Part shown: one piece after another, positions 33,219 to 43,269 of the stretch
Position numbering within the stretch: position 1 is the first letter of the stretch
How the letters are laid out: each line of letters begins with the position of its first letter
DNA from: Blastocladiella emersonii ATCC 22665
Lineage: Eukaryota > Fungi > Blastocladiomycota
Assembly: GCA_025594325.1 (NCBI GenBank)
Contig: JANHCV010000009.1
Span: 1,302,001-1,366,000 of the forward strand
Direction of reading: 5' to 3'
DNA: 64,000 nt
The notes under the pieces: model-generated
The model's input: only the letters and a program-made list of their open reading frames with translations
Told to the model about the DNA's origin: nothing
Database searches by the model: none
Translations under genes and position numbers: made by a program

Positions 33219-36025
33219 ATGGAAAATCAATGGAGCTCGGCGCAATATGCGCCCACGTATCAGGCCTTCCTGTCGTCCAATGCGGGTCCCGGTTGGCCTG
33301 GCATGCAGCCGCCAGCGTTCCACGGACCCGCGCCGTCTCCGCATCCGCAGCCTTACGCCCAAGCTTTTGCACAGCCATCCGCTTATGCCCAGCCATCCGC
33401 ATACTTGCCTGATACTTCTCGGACTTCTGCGTTGGACCTCGACCTGCTGCTCTTTGCTCAGCAACGCCTTGTCGTTCCGCCGCTGACCGCGCTTGGCGAC
33501 GTGGACCCAGCGGTGTGGCTGCGCGTCGTCGAGACGGACCTCGCTGTACTTGGCCTACCGAGTCGACTCTGGCATCTCGCCGCGCTTTGCTACGTCGACA
33601 CTGGGCTTGCGCGGGACGCTTCGGCTGCGCGCGCAGGAGCAGTTCGACGCGGCGGCTGCTGGCGCAGCGAGCGACTTTTGGCATCTCGGCATGCGACCAG
33701 CCGTGCTCGCGCTGCGCCAGGTTGCGGCGTCCGGTCCGTCCAGCCCACCGGCGGCTCGCGCAGCGGCGGCATTTGACCAATATGCCTCGAACGGCTACTT
33801 GATGTGGTCGGCGCAACAGCAACCATCAACGACTACCTTTCCGCCTGAATCCTCTGCGTCGTCCTCGCACTCGCCGTCTCCGCTGGTCAACGCGTCTACG
33901 CACCCGAGCCTCGCGACATCTCAACTCGCTACTGGCTCTGAATCCGCACCCTCGTCCAATTTAGGGACCGAGCACGACTCGAACCATGACTTTTCTTCAA
34001 CGTCCGATGGTGCTGACGAGTGCGATTCGGTCTGCGTTCCCGCGGATACAGACTCATTAATTTCAACACTCCCGGCCGGCTCGGCCCCCAAAAGGGACCA
34101 AGGCCAACTCTCGTCCGCTTCATCACTTGTTGAGCCAGGGTCGGGATCGGCTTCTACTTCAGCAATTAGTCTCACATCGACCAACGTCGAGATGTCCCCT
34201 GCTCTCAATGATGCGTCTCCAGCCTCAAGCTCTGAGTTCTCGCCCAGCTCACCGCCGCGGTCGACCTCGCCGGCTCGCTCGGCTCACTCGAGCCGCTCGC
34301 AAAGTTCACCCTCTCACTTGGAATCATCGTCTCCATTTTCGCCTTCGGGCGACGCTGCTGGCACGAGCGAGGGCGTGTTAGGCTCTGCAGATTCTGGCGT
34401 GGCTTCCGAGACTGGCTGCGTGCTTCCGCTCTCTGACGAGGTCCGCGACCTTATTGCCGTTACCGATACACCCGCCACGACGTGTGAAGCTGCCTCCGCT
34501 TGCGCACCCACGTCACCCGCGGTTCCAGCCCAGCTCGAGCATCACACAGAGCTTCTTGAAGACCCGTCTCCGATTCCGACTGCGGCTCCTTCAGTTGACT
34601 TGTCACCGGCTTCAGACCTCCACCATGATCTCGTCCGCGATCTGGACGAAAACGGTCTCCCGTTGCTTCACCTGCTTCCAGCACCTTGCGGCACCGCTGT
34701 CGGGCCGATGCGTTTCAGTCCCTTGGTAACCGTCATGCCGGACGTGCTTCCAGGTGTCCCGGTGGTCCACGTCAATATCGTGTCGCTCATGTCGATCACG
34801 GGGTACTATACGGGGCGAGGCGTGTGGGACTTTGACTCGGACAAGGTTCCCAGCCACTACGTTGCCGTTTTCCCTGCCGACACGACATGGGGCGCCGCCA
34901 AGGCTGCCCTCGAGCCTCAAGTGCTTGGCCGAGATATGCATAATCTGCTCTACTGGCGCCTGCCAGGAAATGTTGCGGGGACGGATGCGCGCATCTCGGC
35001 CAACAGCCTGCTCTCAGATCCCAGTCCGACTCTTGCTCAGCTCGCCTTATCAGCCCGCAACAGTAACAGCGACGGCGGCCAAGGGAAACAGTCGCTGGCC
35101 AAGGTGAAGGGCAAGAAGCAAAAGGTTCCGGCCGCGCCTGCAGCGCCGAGTCCATCGGGAATTGTAGATACGGCTGCGGTTCAGCTTGCGTCTACTAACA
35201 CGACTTGCGACAAAGTCAGTGCCGTGACCACCGTCACCGCTGCACCAACAACGCTTCGCATTGCTTGCGCCTCGCTCCTCAGCGTCTCACTCGAAATTGG
35301 CATTATCCCTGAGGGTATACCGTCACCGCTTCCGCAAGAGCTCTTTGATGTGTGCACTGTATCTCGGCTGCTGATCCTCCTCAAGTTCTACATTGCGCCT
35401 CTCGGCCCCCGCTACTACTGCCCGTGCTGGGTATCCCCGTCGAAGATTGTTGGGCAGATAAACGAAGTCTGGATGAAACCGAATTCGCTCATGAGCATCG
35501 TCTTTGCCCGGCCGACCTGTTTCTACGGAGAGCGGCCTGGAGACGCTCCGCCTCGCCGCTTGAGCCCGCGCTTCTCGTTTTGCACGCTTAACGTTCAATC
35601 CGGCGCTATTATTGTTGTCCAGTTCGCCGCCGCGGGAAATGTCTTGGACATCCTACAAGCCATGCCGGAGAAGACCATTGGAGACCCCATGACCAAATGG
35701 CCCAACTTCTATGCCCAACCTTGCGAGGCAGAGCGCAAACTCAATACGCGCGTGGTCCGCCGCTGAGACGGCACTGACCGCGTCCATGATCTCTGGGGCA
35801 CTGCAGCCCAAGGTCATGCAGGATGTGCGCCACCAGTATCTCATGGTCGCGCGCGGCCGTCGCGCTCTGCCCACTTACGTTCAGTGGCTCGACGACTGCG
35901 CCGGTGGCAAGTGAAAGCCCGATTTTGCGTGGTTGTGCGATCTAGACGCGCCCCAGTTCACGAAACTTCGTCTTGACGAAGTGGATCCGCGCGAGCTCGC
36001 AGGCGGGAGCGAGAGTGGGGAGTAG
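33219..36025 (+). pseudogene. Paralogue C3 of the same family; frameshifts near 33613 and ~35700, TGA at 35912-35914
   Basis: MENQWSSAQYA aligns to C2 MENHWDSVQYA; extra G (GGG vs GG) at 33613-33615; C-terminal DVRHQYLMVARGRR..GGK*KPDFAWLCD with the conserved Trp codon as TGA. Confidence 0.75.
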
Positions 36026-36402
36026 CCGGTGCTAATATATCTACCCTTTGCCTGTTATTAGTCCGTGCATGTCAGGCTATCACGTCTAGAATAAAACTCG
36101 CTTGTTTGTCATCCTCATCGTCCTGTGTTTGGCCACACAGCCCTGGTGCGGCTCTGGCGGCCCGCCGCAGCGACGCGAGCTGCGTGACCGCGGCCATGGC
36201 CATGGACCCGGTGGCCATGGATCCGGTGGCCGCCTTGCGCGAGAGGATACCCAGTCCTGCCCATTTCAACGAGCAGCGGCCGAACGACATGTTTCGCAGG
36301 TACGTCGGGCGCCGACCCGGTGGGGCGAAATACAGAAGCTCGCGAACATCGACGCGGTGAGATCACTCTAGTCGCGCAAGAAAGATCTAGAGAAACGGTT
36401 TG

Positions 36403-39400
36403 CTATACAGTCTAGGCGGAACAAAAATGGGAGGGAACAACGAGGAGCGCCGCGGCCGGGATGACGACCCGAACCGCGCGCCGTGTGGGCGAGGGAGGGA
36501 GGGTAACGATAAAGGACGGGGAGGATGATCCGGCCGGTGCCGCGCGACGGCACGGAGGAGGAAGAAGATGACGGGCGACGAGGACGCGGGATGACGACCC
36601 GGTCCCGCCACGGTGCGCGCGAGGATGCCGCTGCGGGCGCGAGTCGAGGAGGTCAAGATCGAGGTGCGCGGGCAGAAGGCCCAGCGGGCACGAGTCGACC
36701 GACCGAGGTGCGCAAGTCGATTCTCGAGCGCAAAGAAGAAGTTGCCGTTGCCGAGGACCGAGGACCGAGGAGCTGCTAGTGCTGCCGCCGCCGCCTCTTT
36801 CCGGCGCGCTCGGCCTGCGCCTCCTCGTACTCGGGGGTGCCAGGCATGTTGACGGCGGCGATTGCGGGCGGCGCGGGCCGCTTGCGCGGCTTGGCCTCGG
36901 TCATGCGCACCGTCTCGGTCACGTCGACCACCGACCCGGTGTCCGAGTCGTCGGCGTCGCCGGCGCCGGCCTGCATGTCGTCGAGCTCGAGAACCATCTC
37001 GGTCTGCGGGTTGGCGACGAACGGCGCCGGCTGCTGTTGCGGCGGCGGGAACGCGACACCAAAGAACTGCTGCTGCTGCGCCTGCGCCTGCGACTGCGGC
37101 TGCGGCATCTGCTGAACCCCAAACGGCAGCACCGGGACGGGCGCGGCGGGCCCGTGCTCGACTGTCGCGTCGATCATGTCGTGCTCGGGAACGGCGAGGG
37201 CGGCGGGGGCGGACAACTGCGGCGCGAAACCCGCCGCGAACACAGGCTGCTGCTGGTGGTGACGGACCGAGGCCGCGGCCGCGGCCACCTGCGCGTGGTA
37301 GGCCGACGAGGAGATCTCCATGTCGCCACCGGCGGCCGAGAACCCCTGCTGCTGCTGCTGCTGGACCGGCACCTGCGACTGCCCGAGGTGCGCCTGGTGG
37401 AACTGCGGCAGGTCCAGCTGCTGCGGCGAGACCGTGCCCGCGAACGGCGGGAGCTGCTGCGGAAACGTGGCCGCGAGCTGGTGCTGCTGCTGCGACGGCG
37501 GCAAGTCGAAGATCGACTTGAGCGGCTGCTGCTGCTGGCCCTGCGCGGCGAGGCGGAGGCGGTCCTGCATCGAGAGCGCCGGCTGGATCTGCTGCGACCC
37601 GAACATCGAGGGGAACGGCTGCACGGCAGACGCGGGCTGCTGCTGGCCGAACTGGAACGGCGGCGGGGCCCCAGCACTGGCGGCAGCCGACGCCTGGACC
37701 TGCTGCTGCTGCTGCCCGGCGGCAGGCGCGACCCGCAGCTGGCCGAAGAAGTACGGCGTCGATCCGGACCAGGCCGGGTGCTGCGGGGCAGGCGCGACCT
37801 GCTGCAGACCAAACGAGCCGGGCGCCACGGCCAGCGGAAACTGCATCGTGGGCGCCGACTGGAACGAGTACGACGCGTACGTCGGCTGGAGCTGCTGCGG
37901 GGCGGGCATGGCCTGCTGCTGCTGGTTCCCGAACTGGTGCTGCTGCTGCGGGACGGGCTCGGTGGGCGCGACCTGCTGCTGCTGCTGCTGGCCGAAGGGG
38001 TGGAACTGCATGACGGGCGCCGACTGGAACTGCGCCGTCGACGACGCCGTGTTCTGGAACCCGGCGGGCGAAGCGCTGCTCGAGGCCGTGTACTCGATGC
38101 CGCCCATCGGGCTGTTGTTGAAGGCCAACGGGTACGACATGGGCTGCCGCGGCTGCTGCTGCTGCTGCTGCTGCGCGAACCCGACCGTGTTGGACTTGGG
38201 CGAGGACGGCGCGCTGATCACCATGGGGTCGTCGCCGCCACCGATCTGGCCCTCCTCGACGCCGTACTGCTGCACCGGCACGAGCGGCGGCTGGGCGTGG
38301 ACCGCGAATCCGCTCGGCGCCGCCGCCGACTGGACCATGGACGGACCCGAGGCGGCCCACGGCTGCTGGTACTGCGACTGCTGCTGCACCGTCTGGACCG
38401 AGGGCGGGACCTGCTGCTGCGAGAAGTACTGTTGCTGCGGCGGCGCGAGGCCGACCTGGAACGGCGCCGCCACCTGCTGCTGCTGGGCCTGCGACTGGAT
38501 CACCTGGTGCGAGCCGGCCATGGTCGACGCGTTGGCCTGGATCGACGAGCCGGCGGTAGTTGGCAAACGAGTCGGAGCCGCAGCCCCGGCCGCGACCGGC
38601 GTGGCCGAGAGGCTAAAGTTCATAGTCGGCGGGGGAGGGGAACGCGACCGAGCCGGCGACTTGGTCCCCTTGCGCGGCGACATGGTCATCTGCATCGGGT
38701 ACGCGGCCGCGAACCTGGCGACGGTCTGCCGCCGCTTGGCCTCCTCGGTCTCGACAGGAACCAGAGCCGCAGCGGGCACGGCGGCCACCTGGTGCACGGG
38801 CACGGGGAACTGCGACGACTGGATGTGCTGCTGCTGGGACTCCTGCGTGTACTGGGCCTGCTGCTGCTGCTGGGCCTGCTGCTGCTGCTGGGCCTGCTGC
38901 TGCTGCAGGTTCTGCGCGTATGCGCACTGCGCGTGCTGGGCCAGCGACTGCTGGAGTTGAGCGTGCTGGAGCTGCATCATGGTCTGGTCCTGCGCCTGCT
39001 CGAACTGCCGCGCGTACTCGGCCTGCTGCGCATACCCGGCCTGCGTCTGCTGGGACTGCAAGTACTCGAGCTGCATGTACTGGACCTGCTGCTGCTGGGC
39101 CTGAGCCTGCTGGACCTGCGCCTGCTGAAACTGCTGCTCCTGGATCTGCTGCGACTGGATCTGCTGCGGCTGGATCTGCGCGTACTCGGGCTGCTGCGGC
39201 TGGATCGGCGCGTACTCGGACTGCTGCATCTGCCGGATCTGCAGGTTCTCGAGGTGCAAGTACTGGACCTGCGGTTGCTGCTGGGACTGCGACTGGATCG
39301 CCTGGTGCGAGCCGGCCATGGTCGACGCGTTGGCCTGGATCGCCGAACTGGTGGTAGTCCGCGGACTAGTCGGAGCCGCGGCTGGTGGAGCCAAGAGGCT

Positions 39401-40883
39401 AAAGTTCATGGCCGGGAGTGGAGGGGAGCGCGAGCGAGCCGGCGACTTGGTCCCCTTGCGCGGCGACATGATCATCTGCATCGGGTACGCGGCCGCGAAC
39501 TTGGCGACAGCCCACTGCGCCTTGGCCTCCTTGGTCTCAACGGGGACCGGAGCCGCAGCGGGCACGGCGGCGACCTGGTACGCGGGCGCCGAGACGGGCG
39601 CGGGAGCTGGAATGACGGCCTGCGCGTTGATGGACCGGTACACGGGCGTCAAGACGGGCGCGGCGGGAGCTGGAACGACAGCCTGCGTGTGGGCGACCTG
39701 GTACACGGGCGCCGAGACGGGCGCCGAAACGGGCGCGGGAACTGGAACGACGGCCTGCGCGTTGATGGTCTGGTACACGGGCGCCGGGACGAGTGCGGGA
39801 TCTGGAACGGCGACCTGCGTGCTGCCGACCTGGTACACGGGCGCCGGCATCGGCGCGATGGGCACGACGGGCAGCTCGCTGACGCCCGAGTCGGTGCGGA
39901 TGGGCTTGATGGGGTCGGCGGCGGCGGCGTGCATGTTGACGTGCGTGAGGGCGGCCGACGCCGCGATCTCGCCCGCCACCTGGAACGGCGTGACGCGCGA
40001 CGCGGACGCGGACACGGACTGCTGCTTGACGGGGCGCTGGTCGGACGTCGAGGTCGGGCGAGGGTGGCCCGCGGCCGACGCGCGCGCCTTGGGCTTCTTG
40101 GGACCGAGACCGGCCGCGGGAACCAGGTGGTAGTTGGGCGTGGACCAGATGTGCTCGCGGTCGGGGTGCGCCTTCTCGTAGGCGGACCGAATCTCGCGGG
40201 ACTTGGCGTGCGTGCTCTGGAACAGGTCGGCGTCGATCGAGCAGGGGTTGTAGGACTTGTTGTACTTGATCCAGAAGAGCTCGTCCTCGATCGAGTTGCG
40301 CTTGTGGACCGTAGCGGAACGCTGGGCGTGGGTCGGCTGCTCGGGCTGCTGGTGCACCTTGGACGCCGACGAGCCGGACTTTTCGTACCAGGTGAAGCCC
40401 GTCGCGTCCCGCGGCACCTTGGCGTTGTGGACGGGCTGCTTGGCGGCGACGGGCTCGGGCTCGGGCTGGGCGGGAGCCTCGGGCTCGTCCTGGTCAGCGA
40501 GGTCCGAGACGGTGTCGGCAGCGGGAGCGGCGGCAGCGCGAGCGGCAGCGGCCGGGAAGAGGATCATGTAGAGATCGGCGTAGTACTCGCGGATTCCGAC
40601 GGCGATGGGCGCGAGATACGTGTAGAGGTCGGCGTAGGCGGTGATGAGGCGGCGGGTGACGGGGGACACGAGCGCGTGCACGGCGTTGGCGACACGGGCG
40701 CGGGTTGAGGCCACGGCGTTGGCGACACGGGCGCGGGCCGAGGTCACGGCGGAGACGAGGTACCCGAGGATCGAGTCGGTGACAGCGACGAGCAGGCCGA
40801 GGATCGAGCGGCACGCGTCGACGGTGACGCGCGCGAGGTACGAGATCAGGTAGCGGGCAAAGTCGTAGACGACGGCGCGGACC
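36403..40883 (-). repeat. Right arm of near-identical inverted duplication (partner 1-4517)
   Basis: Reverse complement of 1-4517 except for 36 nt in the CAG/GCC repeat; the partner runs off the window start. Confidence 0.95.
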
Positions 40884-41334
40884 TGCTCGGCGTTGAGCAT
40901 GGCGTCGCCGACCGTGTCCTCCATGATCCGAAGAGAGTAGGAAGTCTGCTGGGCGAAGGTGATCATAGCCTGGACAGGGACAGGTCGACACGTCAGTGAT
41001 GGCCGGCCGGGAGACACGGGCGCGCGCGCGCGAAACGTACCCAGAGGCAGAGCATGCAGTACCGCGCGCACTTGAACGCGGCGTAGACCGCGGCGACGAG
41101 GCAGCTGACCGCGTAGTAGTTGACAACGACGGCGATCGGGGTCCACAGGTTGTTGGCGCAGAAGAGGCCGACCTTGGCGGGGATGAAGCTGACCATGAGG
41201 ATCAGGCCGAACATGTACGCGTACACGACGGCGTAGGTGAGGTGGTTCACGCACGACCCGACGCGGGACATGGCGCGCGTCGCGAGGCCCGACGCGGTAC
41301 GGGCCGCGAACGGGGTGTCGATGCGGGCGCTCAT
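36776..41334 (-). CDS. N-terminally membrane-anchored Q/P-rich low-complexity protein (copy B, ~1495 aa, 2 exons)
   Basis: Exon 1 41334-41041 (98 aa, hydrophobic segments); phase-0 intron 41040-40970 (GTACGT..CTGAC..CAG); exon 2 from AMITFAQQ to GKRRRRQH*. Confidence 0.85.
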
Positions 41335-43269
41335 GGTGATGAGGAGGAAACACGGCTACGTGATGGGTGGTCAATGTGTGCGCGCGGCGGTCGTCGAGCG
41401 AGGAGGCCGTACTCGTCGAGGTCTTCGAGGATCGTTTGAGGATCGTGAGCGAGAGGATCGGGGCCGCGGCTATGGAGCAGGGAGGGAGGGCGGGAGGGAG
41501 GGGGTCCGACGGCGGCGCGGCGCAGCACGGCCACGGGCTAACGCAGCAAAATCTCGAGCGCGCGGCCGCGCGCGGGCGGGCGTGCGGCGCGACGCGTCGG
41601 GTGGTTTGAGACAATCTCGGCGAGAGGAGACACGGTGCACGCGCGCGCGACGTCGTGGTGGCGGTGGTGGCAGGGAGACGGCGGCGCGCGGGTCGCGTGA
41701 TGCGAGACATCTCGGGCAGCGGCAGGCGGCGTGCGGAAGGAGAGCGGCCGTGGCCCGAGAACGTGTGCGGCGACGCGGTGCCCGCGAGCGTGCGCGGCGA
41801 CGCGGTGAAGAAGAAGGCGGCCGAGGGAGGCACGGCGCGCGCGGTACGGCTTGGCGCTCGCGCTCGCGCCGTCTCCCGTTCGCGCGCACCACCGCGATGC
41901 ACGAGAGCGAGCGCGGCGACGCGGGAACGTGTTGCGGGTGGTCGTGATGCGGGCGGTGATGATGTGCGGTGATGATGGGCGGCGCGACCGCGGCGGGGTC
42001 GGCGGCCGTGGTGAAGGTGGCGAGGGTGCGGATCGAGTCGGTGGTGCGTGCAGGGACGACGGCGAGGGCGATCTCGAAGGTCGGGCGAGATGATGGAGGG
42101 TGTGCGAACAAGCGAGCGGTCATGATGACGGCGAGGCGAGGCGGCGCGTGTCCCCCACCTGCGCGCGAGTGGGTGTTGAGGGGAGGGGGTACCTGGCCCC
42201 ATATCAGCGGGGTGTCTGGCTATGGCGCTGCCACAGAGACGCACGGAAGCGATCGGTCAGCGTGACGTGGCCGCGCATTGAAGAGAAGGGGAAGGGGGGT
42301 CTTCCTGATGCCGACCCGCCGGCCCGGTCCGCGCTGAGCCGATCGACTTTCAAGCGAGTAAGTGCATCGAGTATTCCATTCGCCCGACTCCAAGGCGATC
42401 CCAGGGAGAGATAAACGCGAGGATCAAGGCGAACGCGTCTCGGCGAGGGGAAGATAGCATCACGTGCGCATGGGCGCCACGCTGTAATCTTCGCGTTTCG
42501 CAGCTGCTGTCGCTTCCCTGGCCGCCACCTCGAGATCCGAGTCGGGATGGAGCAGATTACTTGGTGCACCGCGAACGCTTTGGTGAGATCCTCGCGCTTA
42601 CCGGGCCGCCGACCCGCCGGTCGCGACCGCGCGTGGGAGCGCCCTCAAAGCTCAGCCTGCGACCTGCCCCTCATGATCCGTGATCCGACTGCCGCTTGTT
42701 CCCGCCGTGAAAAAGGGTGGCGGTGGGGGACACGGCGCCGCGCCACTCGACGCCACGATCGCCTCGCTGCCGTGGCGCCGCTTGCCACTGGCCCCGCCCA
42801 ACCTGCCCTCGGCGCCGCCTTCCTCGCGCCCGAGACCGTGAGCGCAACACGATCTGCGCCATCCGCTCGGTCGATCCGACTCGAACCTTCTCGTCGCTGG
42901 CACTGCCCACGTCGCCGCCGTGTGGGTCGACGTGTCGTGGCGGATCAGCCGGTCGCTGCACGCCGTGGGAGACGATGACCGGAAGTCGGCTCGAGGGCAC
43001 TCGCCCGCTCGACCGGGCCGCGAACACGAACGCTCGCGCGCTGCCCGTGCCTCCCTTCACTTGTCTCCGCCCGCGGCATGGCGCCCTGCGAGACACGGCG
43101 CGACGCGTCGCTCGCTCGCTCAACGACGCCGACACCTCGGCACCACTCACTCCGTGATCTCTCTGCATCGTGATCGTATGGATTTGCTCGACTTGACCGC
43201 GACCTCGAACTTCCCGCTGAAACTGTGCGGCCGGACCCATCGTGTAGCTCCCGGAAATCCACCGCCACC

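Larger units (their letters stand above)
8370..36400. other. Lower-GC accessory island rich in paralogues, pseudogenes and TE debris
   Basis: Visible compositional shift: A/T-richer sequence and loss of the C/G-ending codon bias between the PUP1 promoter and the right IR arm; no housekeeping genes recognised inside. Boundaries approximate. Confidence 0.75.

Noticed and set aside
26690-36205. ~25-bp inverted similarity (ctgc.tgac.gcggccatggccatgg) between ~26700 and ~36190
   Set aside because: Short, built on a GGCCAT repeat, and does not extend convincingly.
8370-36400. Starship, Polinton or endogenous-virus identity for the island
   Set aside because: No DUF3435 or tyrosine recombinase, pPolB, integrase or viral capsid ORF was recognisable.
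40970-42244. N-terminal ~425 aa of the 1822-aa ORF
   Set aside because: Read-through of an intron and the promoter region; a spliced hydrophobic exon 1 from ATG 41334 fits canonical splice signals better.
41400-43260. Numerous short Arg/Ala-rich ORFs in the divergent intergenic region (also 48650-49530 and 53050-54050)
   Set aside because: No codon bias, motifs or splice support; GC-rich chance ORFs.
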